A stretch of DNA of 64,000 nt from Nitrosopumilus sp. (GTDB taxonomy: Archaea > Thermoproteota > Nitrososphaeria > Nitrososphaerales > Nitrosopumilaceae). The DNA lies in the NCBI GenBank assembly GCA_963667665.2, contig OY763927.2, positions 736,001-800,000 of the forward strand, written 5' to 3'. Each line of letters opens with the position of its first letter. Position 1 is the first letter of the stretch. This document shows positions 28,714 to 39,326 of the stretch, piece by piece. The position numbers were made by a program, and so were the translations under genes. The notes below the pieces were generated by a model that searched no databases, had not been told where the DNA came from, and saw only the letters and a list, made by a program, of their open reading frames with translations.

Positions 28714-28835
28714 AAATTACTAGATAGAGGATTAGTATTAAATCTGAAAAAGTAAGAGCAAAAAATACTCAAAAAACTGTACAGATTTACAACTATTCAT
28801 TGAAAATTTAAATAAATTTTTCAATATCATAGTGT

Positions 28836-29279
28836 ATGAAGTTAGATGAAACAGATGAAAGAATTCTCAAAAATTTAATGGTTGATGCTAGACTATCAGC
28901 TAGGCAGCTTGCATTAAAACTTGGAATGTCAACTGTCACAATACTATCTAGAATCAAAAAGTTAGAAAAAGCAAAGATCATTTGTGGATATACTGCAATT
29001 ATTGACCATGAAAAACTAGGATATTCACTCACTGCAATTATTGAAATAATTGCCAAAAATGATAAAATTGAAGAAATTGAAAATGAGATATCAAAATTTG
29101 AAAATGTGTGTGCAGTTTACGACATTACAGGTTCTACAGATACAATAATTATAGCAAAATTCAAGGAAAGAGATGAATTAAGCAAGTTTGTAAAGGGTCT
29201 GGCAGATATCCCAAACGTGGAAAATACAATCACACACGTAGTTCTAAATACTGAAAAAGAAGATTTTAGATTAACATAG
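28836..29279 (+). CDS. Lrp/AsnC transcriptional regulator
   Basis: LDETDERIL...DARLS HTH, YDITGSTD. Confidence 0.95.
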   Translation: MKLDETDERILKNLMVDARLSARQLALKLGMSTVTILSRIKKLEKAKIICGYTAIIDHEKLGYSLTAIIEIIAKNDKIEEIENEISKFENVCAVYDITGSTDTIIIAKFKERDELSKFVKGLADIPNVENTITHVVLNTEKEDFRLT

Positions 29280-29289
29280 GTAAGAAAAA

Positions 29290-29844
29290 TTGAAACTATT
29301 CATTATTTTTATTATTTCAGCAATTATCTTTGGATCATTACAAACAACATATGCACAAACTGAGTCAATAATCATGGAGCTTGAAGTTTCTGATGAAGAA
29401 AAGATAATTCTCTTTGGAAGTTTTGCAATTGCAATAATTGCAATCTTTATGTTTTTAGCAAGAGACACAATACTTAGAAGAAAGACATCATATGACAAAG
29501 AGAATCTTGATTCAAAAAAAGACAAGACATATGAAAAATATCACTCTGATTGGGGAGATGATTATGAAGACATTGGAAGTAGAAGAAACACAAAACAAGA
29601 GAGAGAGTTTCGTGAAGCTGCAGTAAATGATGAACTCCCAAATTATTATGAAATTCTTGAAATTCCAAGAGATGCAACACAAGGAGAAATCAAAAAGAAG
29701 TTTAGAGAGCTTGCAAAAAAGACTCATCCGGATAAAACAAAAAAAGATTCTGAAGAAGCGATGGTAGAATTAAACAAAGCATATGAAGTGTTATCAGATG
29801 AGGTAAGTAGGAAAAAGTACGACAGATATCTGAAAGTGGACTAG
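29290..29844 (+). CDS. Membrane-anchored DnaJ-domain protein
   Basis: N-terminal TMs; NYYEILEI...HPD...AYEVLSD. Confidence 0.9.
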   Translation: MKLFIIFIISAIIFGSLQTTYAQTESIIMELEVSDEEKIILFGSFAIAIIAIFMFLARDTILRRKTSYDKENLDSKKDKTYEKYHSDWGDDYEDIGSRRNTKQEREFREAAVNDELPNYYEILEIPRDATQGEIKKKFRELAKKTHPDKTKKDSEEAMVELNKAYEVLSDEVSRKKYDRYLKVD

Positions 29845-30245
29845 ACAGATTCTAGTTTAACTATTATCATACTAAGTTCAATTGAGTCAGGAGTCTGTAT
29901 GCTGTTTGTAAGATTGGTAAAGACTTCAAGATTCATAGGTTTTCCATTAGATTCTATTTGAGTAGAGATTTTGAGTTCAGCAAATTCCGTGTTTGGCCCA
30001 AGCATCTTTTTAGTTAGTAATGGAACCACAGAAAGGCCTTCAATCACTCCTTTCATCTTATAAGCAAATTTTTCGGAAAAATATGCACCTCCACGAGTTG
30101 TTGGTTCATTAACAGGAATAGGAGAGTTTGTGATGGATACACAAGTGATTGGAAAAATATCATCATTTAGGTAAAGTTGGTACTGTGGAGAATTTTTTTC
30201 ATTAAATTCCATTAAAATTTTAAGCAAATCCAAGTTTACAGACAT
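29841..30245 (-). CDS. Conserved hypothetical protein
   Basis: 134-aa ORF, PTTRGGAYF. Confidence 0.7.
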   Translation of the reverse strand: MSVNLDLLKILMEFNEKNSPQYQLYLNDDIFPITCVSITNSPIPVNEPTTRGGAYFSEKFAYKMKGVIEGLSVVPLLTKKMLGPNTEFAELKISTQIESNGKPMNLEVFTNLTNSIQTPDSIELSMIIVKLESV

Positions 30246-30265
30246 CTAAAATTAGCCAAATCATA

Positions 30266-31012
30266 ATTCTATTGAGTGTTCCGTTAAAGAAAACAACATT
30301 CACAAACATTTTGTGGTAAATTTGATAAAAATTTTAGAATTGATAAAGAACTGAAAACTTTTTTGAAAGTTTTTGCATATCAGTTTAATCTCCTAAACTC
30401 TTCATTTTTTGTATTTTTTGTTTAACAGAATCTAAATTATTAATTCAGCTAAAACTATTCCTGCTAAACGAGATTAATGCGGCACGTTAAATTCACATTC
30501 GGGTTTGAGTACATTAGAGGGATGAGAACAATCTGGCCCACCCTCACAAGTTCCAACAAAGTCACCATGATCTAAATGAGTAGGAATTGCATTTATTGAA
30601 ACGTTGATTGTCTTTTTTTCGTTGTGACAAATGTCTACTTTTTCACCTCCGCCTTTGCCGGCAAATGCATCAGGAACATCAAGTACAAATCCTAGAGTTC
30701 CTGACAACAAAATTACTGAAATCATAATCGCTGAAAGTGTTAATATTTTTTTCATTATTTATGAAACAGTGATCTTGTAAGTAAATCTTTCATAACTAAT
30801 TTGAACAGTTGTTTAGTTATCTCATTGATTGGTGATGATATTCAGACCAGAGTTTAAAATTCTTATAGATGATCTTGAAATTTGAAAATGTTACAAATCA
30901 TCACTTACTCAAATCTCTCTGCAAAAAACTGGATTCTATTGAGTGTTACTCAAAAATAATTAACACTCACAGACAATTTAGACATAAATTGAGAAAACAG
31001 TTTAAAAACTAG
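30266..31012. repeat. Imperfect ~80-bp direct repeats flanking one gene
   Basis: ATTCTATTGAGTGTT at 30266 and 30933, each part of TGAGTGTT-N14-AACA(T/C)TCA. Confidence 0.65.
30474..30755 (-). CDS. Small secreted Cys/His protein
   Basis: Signal peptide to AFA; KVDICH...TINVSINAIPTHLDHGDFVGTC motif. Confidence 0.75.
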   Translation of the reverse strand: MKKILTLSAIMISVILLSGTLGFVLDVPDAFAGKGGGEKVDICHNEKKTINVSINAIPTHLDHGDFVGTCEGGPDCSHPSNVLKPECEFNVPH

Positions 31013-31510
31013 TTTATTCATCTTCTGATTCTTCATCACAATCAGGGTCAAGTATACCCAAATGATACAAAATGGAGTTTCTTTGTTTCATCTTCTTGTT
31101 ATTTTGTGAAATTTTCCGTTATTAAGATCAAGTGTGTGTAAAATGTTACACTACATTACTTTGTGTTGCTAGTGAAAATGCTTACAGTTCCCATTCTAAT
31201 CTAAGTAAATTGGCAAATACCCCATTTATTTTTGATAATTATTTCAGGTTTCATCTAATCACAGAATAAAAAAGAGGAAGAATTAATCCTCAAATTTTGC
31301 GAGTTCGTTCTTTAGTTGCTTGATTTGATATTCTACGACTCTTCTATGGACATTGTTTATGAAATTCATCTTTATGTTTTCTTAGAAAGACGGGAAAAGG
31401 AGACTAGAGAAGAAAAGTTGATCCTTTACTAAGTTCAAACTTCTCAAGGAAACGAGAAGGTGGATTTCTTATTGGTCTAGCTATTGTGATTAATTCTTTC
31501 AGGTTTCATC

Positions 31511-31744
31511 TTACCTTAACTCTGATTTCTTCTTATCTTGTCCTTCGATAACATTATGATGATTATCACAATAGATTGCAATGTTCTTGTAACTATTATT
31601 TTCAGAATTCCCATCTCTATGATGTAAGTTTAATTTTATACCATTTGCAGTTCTTCCACATTTTTCACATCTGGCTTTATTAACAGTAAATTGACCAAGA
31701 TATTTCAAAAGTTCAGTTTGACTGAAGTCTTTCCTATCACCCAT
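31511..31744 (-). CDS. Small HNH endonuclease-like protein
   Basis: CEKCG...LNLHHRDGNSENNSYKNIAIYCDNHH. Confidence 0.85.
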   Translation of the reverse strand: MGDRKDFSQTELLKYLGQFTVNKARCEKCGRTANGIKLNLHHRDGNSENNSYKNIAIYCDNHHNVIEGQDKKKSELR

Positions 31745-31888
31745 GCATTATTAGACTAAGACTAAGAATTAAGAATTTTAGGCAGTGATCCATGAAATGC
31801 TATTGAATCTTTCTAAGTAATACCTGCAAAAATCAAATAGATTTTCTAGTATGTTTAGGGCATCTTTAAAAACAATAATTATGATCGA

Positions 31889-33211
31889 TTGTTATTGCAA
31901 CAGATTGCAAACCCACATCCAATGCGAAAAGAGATTCTCAATTTGATGGTGCTGTATAAATTACATAATGATTGTTACACTGAAATGCTAGATTATACAA
32001 TTGACTTGTTTGAAAGTCAGGGTCTTGGTGCAGACTATTATGGATATCACAATATTAATCATGAATTAGAAGTAACATATGTTTCACTTTTAGCTGCAGA
32101 ACAAGGCAAAGTACAATTCTCAGATGAAGATATGAAATATCTATTCATTGCAGCATTGTTTCATGACTTTGATCCTGAAAAAAATGTAGACAAACCACAT
32201 GAGGAAAGAGTTATAAAATTTATTACAACTGACAAAAAACTTCTTCAATTAATCAACACTACAAATGTTGATTTAGATATTATCAAAGTGTTGATTTTAA
32301 GAACAACATATCCTTGGAGTGGAGAGTATAAAAAAAATGCAGAAGAGCAAATTAAAGAATGTTTTCAAAATTCAGATTTAACAAGAAACAATCAACAATA
32401 TCAACAACACATTATGGAAATAGGTCAATATCTATCAGTAGTAGACAGAATTAGTGGTTATGCATTAGGTGATTTTACAAAAGCAATGAGTTTGGCTAAG
32501 ATGAATGCACATGCACTTGCATGGAGGCCATCACTAATTATTAGAAGTGCAGTTGCATATTTTGAGGAATTATTAAACAAAGAACCAGATATGACAAAAT
32601 CTATTCTCAGAATTCTCCCAAAAGAAATGAGAAAGAATTTTTTTGATACTGTATTGTCATTTATGGAAATCAGGCAACAAGAAATCACAATTCAAGCCGA
32701 TTATGCTTATGAAAATCTAAAGTTAGTTCCAACAATAGAAAATATGGCAACAAGAAAAGATCCAAATTTTATCAAAACTCTATATGAGATCTTTTTGGAG
32801 CTTCCAACACCACTGCAATTTCAAAAAGAAAATTTTGAAAACTCTGTCAAAGATCCACAAATAATCATCAATACACTTAGACTAAATAACAAAAATGGAG
32901 AAATTGTAGGATTTGTAAAAGGAGGAGCACTTGAGAAATACAAACTGCGTGAGGAGATTAGAGATGAAAATTATGGATTAGGAAATACAGTATTTCTAGA
33001 ACCACTTGCATTGAAGATGGGATATTGGGGGTTAAAAGGCGGAAGTGAGATGCGCCATATGTTTATCATGCAAGCTTACTCTATGAAGTACAAATACATG
33101 ACAAGTTTTGCCTTACGAGATGTAATCAAAGCAAGAATAGACAAAGAACGTGCAGAGTTTGTTACACAATTTGATCCAGAAAGATGGGATTACTATAGAA
33201 TCAAAATTTGA
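31889..33211 (+). CDS. HD-domain protein with C-terminal GNAT-like region
   Basis: YHNINHELEV, AALFHDFD. Confidence 0.8.
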   Translation: MLLQQIANPHPMRKEILNLMVLYKLHNDCYTEMLDYTIDLFESQGLGADYYGYHNINHELEVTYVSLLAAEQGKVQFSDEDMKYLFIAALFHDFDPEKNVDKPHEERVIKFITTDKKLLQLINTTNVDLDIIKVLILRTTYPWSGEYKKNAEEQIKECFQNSDLTRNNQQYQQHIMEIGQYLSVVDRISGYALGDFTKAMSLAKMNAHALAWRPSLIIRSAVAYFEELLNKEPDMTKSILRILPKEMRKNFFDTVLSFMEIRQQEITIQADYAYENLKLVPTIENMATRKDPNFIKTLYEIFLELPTPLQFQKENFENSVKDPQIIINTLRLNNKNGEIVGFVKGGALEKYKLREEIRDENYGLGNTVFLEPLALKMGYWGLKGGSEMRHMFIMQAYSMKYKYMTSFALRDVIKARIDKERAEFVTQFDPERWDYYRIKI

Positions 33212-34671
33212 TTCAGCACATGAAAAAATCAATTCTAAAAACAATACAGTCAATAATTCAAGGTGATGTATATTCACAAAAAGAATTTAGAGAATTTTAT
33301 TCAGTTGATGCTAGTTCGTACAAAATTATTCCAAAGATAATAGTGGTACCAAAAAATGAAAAAGATGTAATCAATATAGTAAAAATTGCAAAAAAATTCA
33401 AAACATCAGTTACTGTACGTGGTGCAGGAACGGGTCTTGTTGGTAGTGCATTAAATAATGGAATCATACTTGAAATGAAAAATTTTGATTCACTCAAACT
33501 TTCAAATGAATTTGTCACGGTAGGTCCAGGCACAATTAAAGGTAAACTTGACAAGAAACTTGAAGAGCAAAAAAAGTTTTTCCCTCCAAACCCATCAATT
33601 GGTTCTTTCTGTTCCATAGGAGGAATGTTGGGAAACAATTCCAGTGGAAGTAGAAGTCTAAAGTATGGAAGTGTGATTGATAATGTAGCAGAAATTACAT
33701 TTATTGATGGAAATGGAGCAAAGATTACTCTTCCAAAAAATAAAAGTGTAGCAAAAAAGATTCTAAAGTTTGCAAAAAGAATTGATGAAAAAAGATTTCC
33801 AAATGTAACAAAGAATTCATCAGGGTATAGAATTGATAAAGTAAGATCAATCAATGATGCTCATAAAATTATTATTGGTTCTGAAGGAACTCTAGGAATT
33901 ATTTTATCAGCAAAATTAAAGATTAAAGATATCCCAAGAAAACGAATTCTATTTGTAATAGGATATGAATCAATTAAAGATGCAATAAAAAACTGTATTG
34001 AAATTAATAAAACAGGACCTTCTGCAATTGAATTTGTAGATAAAACGACACTTACTCAAATAAAATTCAAGTTTGATAAGAAAATTAAATGTCTACTCTT
34101 TGTAGAATTTGATGAGAGAATTGATTCAAGTGAAAAGAAGATAAAATCAATCATTACAAAGAAAATTATCAAGAAATTAAAAAAAGATTCAGATATTTCT
34201 AGATGGTGGAAATACAGAGATTCTTCATTACATTATAGCTTAAAATCAATAAAAAAAGAATGGATGATGCCCTTTGTCATTGAAGATGCAGCAGTTCCTT
34301 TGGAAAATCTTCAAAAATTATTTTCGGTTTTAAACAAGATAAATAAAAAATACAAGACAAGATCAATTGTATATGGACATGCAGGAAATGGAAATATCCA
34401 TATACGTTTAGTAGCAGATAGAAAAAAAATCAAGGTTATCAAAAATATTGCAGTTCAATACTTTGAGGAAGTAATCAAACTTGGAGGCACCATAACTGCA
34501 GAGCATGGAGATGGACTAGCACGATCAGAATTTATCAAAAAGCAATATGGTACCAAAAATTATCAAGTATTCAAAGAAATCAAAAAATTCTTTGATCCAA
34601 AAAATGTGCTCAATCCTGGTAAGATAATCACAAAGAAAAGCAGCATAATAGAAAACCTAGAAAATTTGTAA
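33208..34671 (+). CDS. FAD-binding oxidoreductase (GlcD/D-lactate dehydrogenase family)
   Basis: RGAGTGLVG, IGGMLGNNSSG, GSEGTLG, GHAGNGNIH, AEHGDG, LNPGK. Confidence 0.93.
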   Translation: MIQHMKKSILKTIQSIIQGDVYSQKEFREFYSVDASSYKIIPKIIVVPKNEKDVINIVKIAKKFKTSVTVRGAGTGLVGSALNNGIILEMKNFDSLKLSNEFVTVGPGTIKGKLDKKLEEQKKFFPPNPSIGSFCSIGGMLGNNSSGSRSLKYGSVIDNVAEITFIDGNGAKITLPKNKSVAKKILKFAKRIDEKRFPNVTKNSSGYRIDKVRSINDAHKIIIGSEGTLGIILSAKLKIKDIPRKRILFVIGYESIKDAIKNCIEINKTGPSAIEFVDKTTLTQIKFKFDKKIKCLLFVEFDERIDSSEKKIKSIITKKIIKKLKKDSDISRWWKYRDSSLHYSLKSIKKEWMMPFVIEDAAVPLENLQKLFSVLNKINKKYKTRSIVYGHAGNGNIHIRLVADRKKIKVIKNIAVQYFEEVIKLGGTITAEHGDGLARSEFIKKQYGTKNYQVFKEIKKFFDPKNVLNPGKIITKKSSIIENLENL

Positions 34672-34742
34672 ATAAATTTGAGGCAAAATCAAAAATATCA
34701 ACTCAGAAACGCTTTATTAGTAAAAAAATTGTCCAAGATATC

Positions 34743-35171
34743 GTGTTAGGTAAGGTTATTGGGTTAGTAGGAATTCTACTAGTATTTTCTATCAGTTTTG
34801 TTACAGCATTTGCATTAGATGAATTAGAAAGAGCTTCAATTAGTGACCCAAAATTAGTAAATGCATTTGGCATACCAATAGGAAATAATGTTAATGTAGA
34901 TCAACAAATTCAAATTTCAGCAGATGTTACAAATAATCAAGATAAATCTCAAAACTTTGTATATCTAGTTCAAATAAAAGACAAAAATAATTTTGTTGTG
35001 TCATTTGGATGGTTCAGTGGAAAGTTAAATCCACATCAAAAATGGAATACGTCAGTGTTTTGGATTCCAGACAATGCAGGAGAATTTACTGCAGAAATTT
35101 TTCTATGGGAAGCTCTGATAAATCACAGAGCATTAACAGAATACACTACATTGCAAATTAACGTTAGTTAG
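34743..35171 (+). CDS. Secreted Ig-like thaumarchaeal protein
   Basis: Signal peptide; QQIQISADVTN...YLVQIKD...W.P...GEFTAEIFLW. Confidence 0.75.
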   Translation: MLGKVIGLVGILLVFSISFVTAFALDELERASISDPKLVNAFGIPIGNNVNVDQQIQISADVTNNQDKSQNFVYLVQIKDKNNFVVSFGWFSGKLNPHQKWNTSVFWIPDNAGEFTAEIFLWEALINHRALTEYTTLQINVS

Positions 35172-35368
35172 AATTTTAACAAAATAATTTAGTTCATAAA
35201 TTTGCCAATTATTTAAAAAATTCGAATAATTTATTCCTAAATTGATCAAAAAAATGTCAAATAATAAAAAAATTTGCACATTATGCAATAATTGAGATCA
35301 AGGATTTGCTTAATAGTGTAAAAAATTCAACAAGTTCTCGCTAATATGACCTAGAGCCTAGTGCAATT

Positions 35369-35512
35369 ATGACAATAGGATATTGTGTAAAGTGCCGAGA
35401 TAAACGCGAAATTCAAGGCGCTGGACCATACACCATGAAAAATGGTAAACCTGCAATCAAGGGCACTTGCCCAACTTGTAGTACTGCCATTTTCAGAATC
35501 GGTAGAGGTTAA
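35369..35512 (+). CDS. DUF5679 zinc-ribbon microprotein (47 aa)
   Basis: Manual translation MTIGYCVKCRDKREIQGAGPYTMKNGKPAIKGTCPTCSTAIFRIGRG. Confidence 0.88.
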   Translation: MTIGYCVKCRDKREIQGAGPYTMKNGKPAIKGTCPTCSTAIFRIGRG

Positions 35513-35530
35513 ACTTTTCAATAGAGAAGT

Positions 35531-35776
35531 TTAGTACTGCCATTCATCACTAAGGCCATTCCATAGTGAACGCATTGGGGATGGATCTATTTCTTGTGTA
35601 ATTCTATTTTTTAATACAAAAGCAAAATTCTCCAAAGCATCAACTCCACCATCAGCATAAAGTTCATGGCCAATCTCTGTGATTCTTTTATGTTTTTCAG
35701 GCACATCTATAGAATCGGGATTTTGTAGACAAAACGTCATCAAGTCTATCAATTCTTCTTCAAACATAAAATCCAA
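35531..35776 (-). CDS. Hypothetical protein
   Basis: 81-aa ORF. Confidence 0.65.
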   Translation of the reverse strand: MDFMFEEELIDLMTFCLQNPDSIDVPEKHKRITEIGHELYADGGVDALENFAFVLKNRITQEIDPSPMRSLWNGLSDEWQY

Positions 35777-35829
35777 GTTACTTTATGCAAACTTTAAGTT
35801 GAATTTAGGTATTGAGATCAAAAAAGAAA

Positions 35830-36204
35830 TTATCTTAGACGTTTATAGAGTTCTTTGAATTCAATTGAAATGGTACATGACAAATTAAGCACGTGGGTAA
35901 GTTGATTCATAGATGTCTTGCCATGTGCTAGTTGTCTTAACAATGTCAAAGCTTTTTGTGGAGAATTAACTGTAAGATCACTCGTACCAGACCATGTCTT
36001 AAATGCCTCTTCAACATCCATGCAAAAATTCAGAACAAATTCTTTCCAATGTGGCATTGATTGTAATGCTTTTTCAGTTAAAAGTACTAATGATAATTCA
36101 CGAAATTCAATTACCCTATCCACATATAGCATATCAAGAGCTTGTTGGATTTTTTCGGGTTTGTATTCTGATGTGTTTAGCATATACATTCCAGCAATAC
36201 TCAT
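35830..36204 (-). CDS. Hypothetical protein
   Basis: 124-aa ORF. Confidence 0.65.
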   Translation of the reverse strand: MSIAGMYMLNTSEYKPEKIQQALDMLYVDRVIEFRELSLVLLTEKALQSMPHWKEFVLNFCMDVEEAFKTWSGTSDLTVNSPQKALTLLRQLAHGKTSMNQLTHVLNLSCTISIEFKELYKRLR

Positions 36205-36325
36205 GAAGTAATATTCTCATAATCAAAGATAAATCAGATTAATGATTCTCTTAAAATTTGTTAGAATTTTTAAATCAGAATTAACAAATGTACAGAATTC
36301 AAAAAAGAAAAAAAGAGATTAGATC

Positions 36326-37726
36326 TTATTGGAATGGATCAATAAATGGACAGTTAACGATATGGTCACTATCCATTGGACGTGCAATGCCAATGTCGAT
36401 CAAGCCAGCTTCTCTGTATGCGTTCATGTCATCTATGGTTTCTAGTAGTTGTGCCTCATCAGGATTATCCCAGCCTATCATGAAGATTCTCCACATTGGA
36501 GAATAGTTTACATCACCAGGAGCTCCTGCTGCTATTCCAGGTTGAAATCCTAGTGGACCAGTACCTTTTAGACCATTTTTGAACTGATACAAATCTACTG
36601 CTGCTGAATTTGCAATCAAGCTTGCAGATGAAGGTGCACTTACAACACCCATCATTCCGGCAGGACCACTTGGAGTAGCATCTGTTACAATGTAATAGAT
36701 TGTGCTACCATCAGGGCCCCATCCACGATGAGCAATGAAAGTTACAGTCATCTCTTCTGTATCGATATCAAGAACTTGACCACCACCATATGGTGTTTCA
36801 TCAGTCAAAGTTTTGTCTTCTTTGACCATCATCTGACCATCAGGCCAAATAATTTGTGGCATATTCAAAACTACATTAACTTCGGTTAAAGTAATTTCTT
36901 CGTTGTCAGCTGCATCCATTATCATTGCATCTGAATCAAGGACTCTTGGTGATTCACCTTCATTCCATGTAACATGTACATGAGAAGCCAATGCACTGTA
37001 CACATCTGCTTGTGCAGGTGTACTTGTAAAGACTTCACCTTGATATCCATGAACACCATCGCCAGTAATGCCGTTGGTAAACATGTAGGTTTTTGAAAGT
37101 GCTTCATCAGGAGCATTTGCCAATAAAGGTGCAAGTTCTACTTGCCAACCTTGATTTTCTGTAATGATTTCTGCATGTGTAGGATCACTAGAATCAGTGA
37201 TGATGAAGTATACATCGCCACCATCATAGTATCCTTGATGCATTGGAATGTCTGTTGGAACATTTGCTCTTGATAATCTAAGTACAGACCCCAAGTCTGC
37301 CTCAGTTACTTCCATCATGGCTTCTTTTTCCATCATGGCTTCTTTTTCCATCATGGCTTCTTTTTCCATCATGGCTTCTTTTTCCATCATGGCTTCTTTT
37401 TCCATCATGGCTTCTTTTTCCATCATGGCTTCTTTTTCCATCATGGCTTCTTTTTCCATCATGGCTTCTTTTTCCATCATGGCTTCTTCTTCAGCAACTG
37501 GCGCTACAGGTGTTGGTGTTTTTTGCTGTTCCATCCATGCAGCTTTACCGCCTGGAATTTCAGAACATAACTGTAATCCACAGATATTTGTACTAGAACC
37601 ATATTGTGAGTTTCTAGTGCCTTGGCTTTTGATAGCATCAGCATCTGTGAAATAGTCAGTTGTCAATCCCGTAGTAAACAAGGGAATAATTGCAAGAAAT
37701 GCAATGTATCTTAGACTCTTATTCAT
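36326..37726 (-). CDS. Secreted protein with duplicated domain and Met-rich linker
   Basis: Signal peptide, CGLQLCSE motif, (AMMEKE)x10, two homologous domains (YFIITDSS / YYIVTDAT, YSALA / YSPMW, VLNMP / IVNCP). Confidence 0.85.
   Translation of the reverse strand: MNKSLRYIAFLAIIPLFTTGLTTDYFTDADAIKSQGTRNSQYGSSTNICGLQLCSEIPGGKAAWMEQQKTPTPVAPVAEEEAMMEKEAMMEKEAMMEKEAMMEKEAMMEKEAMMEKEAMMEKEAMMEKEAMMEKEAMMEVTEADLGSVLRLSRANVPTDIPMHQGYYDGGDVYFIITDSSDPTHAEIITENQGWQVELAPLLANAPDEALSKTYMFTNGITGDGVHGYQGEVFTSTPAQADVYSALASHVHVTWNEGESPRVLDSDAMIMDAADNEEITLTEVNVVLNMPQIIWPDGQMMVKEDKTLTDETPYGGGQVLDIDTEEMTVTFIAHRGWGPDGSTIYYIVTDATPSGPAGMMGVVSAPSSASLIANSAAVDLYQFKNGLKGTGPLGFQPGIAAGAPGDVNYSPMWRIFMIGWDNPDEAQLLETIDDMNAYREAGLIDIGIARPMDSDHIVNCPFIDPFQ
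37310..37488. repeat. 18-bp perfect coding tandem repeat, ~10 copies
   Basis: TTCCATCATGGCTTCTTT units. Confidence 0.97.
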
Positions 37727-37777
37727 TAAAAAATAAATTGATTTTTTCTTTAAAAGAATTTGTCCAAATCAAACAGG

Positions 37778-38401
37778 TTACACAAAAAGTTCTGTGAATC
37801 TATTTTCCACGTAATCCCAGTTGATAACATTCCACCACGCCTTAACATAATCAGGTCTTTTGTTTTGGTATTTCAAATAGTATGCGTGCTCCCAAACATC
37901 CAACCCCAACAAAGGGATTTTTTGAAAGACCCAAGGACTATCTTGGTTCAAAGTTGTAATGATTTCAATTTTATTATATGTCTGATTAAAAACTAACCAA
38001 CACCAACCACTTCCCTGAATTGATATTGCCTTTTCTGAAAAAACTTTTTTGAAATTTTCAAAATTATTGAAATAAACATCAATAGAATCTTCTAGTTTTC
38101 CATCAGGATTACCATTACTGTTAGGAGTCATTGTTTCCCAAAACAATCTATGATTCTCAAAACCCCCACCAAAAAAGTTGATTGCACTTTGTCCAGATTC
38201 AGGAATTGATTTTAGATTAGCAAGAATAGATGAAACATACTGAGGATGTGATGCGCTACCAACTTGTTCAAGTGATTTGTTTAGTCCATCCACATATGCT
38301 TGATGATGTTTTTGGTGATGAATCTTCATTGTTTCAGTATCAATGAATGGTTCTAGTTCATCATATCCATATGATAATTTTGGGAGTTCATATCTAACCA
38401 C
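37778..38401 (-). CDS. sod: Fe/Mn superoxide dismutase
   Basis: HHQKHHQAYV, NH, GSGW, DVWEHAYYLKYQN. Confidence 0.96.
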   Translation of the reverse strand: MVRYELPKLSYGYDELEPFIDTETMKIHHQKHHQAYVDGLNKSLEQVGSASHPQYVSSILANLKSIPESGQSAINFFGGGFENHRLFWETMTPNSNGNPDGKLEDSIDVYFNNFENFKKVFSEKAISIQGSGWCWLVFNQTYNKIEIITTLNQDSPWVFQKIPLLGLDVWEHAYYLKYQNKRPDYVKAWWNVINWDYVENRFTELFV

Positions 38402-38450
38402 AAATCAAATTATTTGAATCCACATATATTCTTGGAGACCAATACAAAAT

Positions 38451-39065
38451 ATGAGAAAACTAGGAACAATTGATTTAGAAATTTTAGATTTAGCGATTAA
38501 AGAGAATGGGTTGTTTAATGAAAATAGTCTAGAAAATTCAGAGTTAAAGAGGTTAGGAGTTGGAAGAATTCTAGATGCACTTGCATCACTGAAAGACAGA
38601 AAGATGATATCATTAAATAGTGACGGTTCTTTTTCCATCACAGTTATTGCACGAGAGATTCTTTGGAGTAATAATATTCCAACATGGGCAAAAATTTTGC
38701 GTCTTCTTCAAATAAAGTCTTGTAGTATGGAACAAATTATTGACATTCTTAGAATATCTAAAGATAAACTAATAATAGATGTAGAAAAATTGAGAAAAAC
38801 TCAATTTGTTCTAATGTCACCGCAAAGACAAAAAGAAAAACTTGTCAAAATTTATGAAATTTTACCTGAAGGAATAGTGAAAATTGATAAAACAGAAACT
38901 GAAGGATTTGATAATACTAATTTTGATGAATCCAAATCAGAAGTTGAAATTTTGGAACTAATTGATGAAGTTATAAAAGAACTTAATGACTCTCAGATGG
39001 AACAACTGAAAAAAGATAGCATGACTGAAAAATTATCTAAACTAAAAGAAAAGTTAGAAATTTAG
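38451..39065 (+). CDS. Tandem winged-helix hypothetical protein
   Basis: Two wHTH-like segments. Confidence 0.65.
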   Translation: MRKLGTIDLEILDLAIKENGLFNENSLENSELKRLGVGRILDALASLKDRKMISLNSDGSFSITVIAREILWSNNIPTWAKILRLLQIKSCSMEQIIDILRISKDKLIIDVEKLRKTQFVLMSPQRQKEKLVKIYEILPEGIVKIDKTETEGFDNTNFDESKSEVEILELIDEVIKELNDSQMEQLKKDSMTEKLSKLKEKLEI

Positions 39066-39277
39066 GGCGAAGTTATTTTTTTCATTTCTAGACATTTAGA
39101 ATCATATTCATTCAAGAATTGTTTAGTGTTAATTTGAAGTTCTTGAATGTATAATTCACATGTTTTGTAATCTATCAATTTACTAGAATTTTGATCATTA
39201 GTCACATACTGTAATATTAGAATCCCTACAAGTACAATTATCAAAATAACAGGCACCCTTGTTGAATAAATATCCAC
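39062..39277 (-). CDS. Small membrane-anchored protein
   Basis: One N-terminal TM, Cys pair. Confidence 0.55.
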   Translation of the reverse strand: MDIYSTRVPVILIIVLVGILILQYVTNDQNSSKLIDYKTCELYIQELQINTKQFLNEYDSKCLEMKKITSP

Positions 39278-39326
39278 AAATTTTGCTATACAATTTTGAA
39301 CTTAAGCGTATTGGAAAATAAGGAGA

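Noticed and set aside
37310-37488. 18-bp repeat as CRISPR or iterons
   Set aside because: No spacers; it encodes AMMEKE in frame
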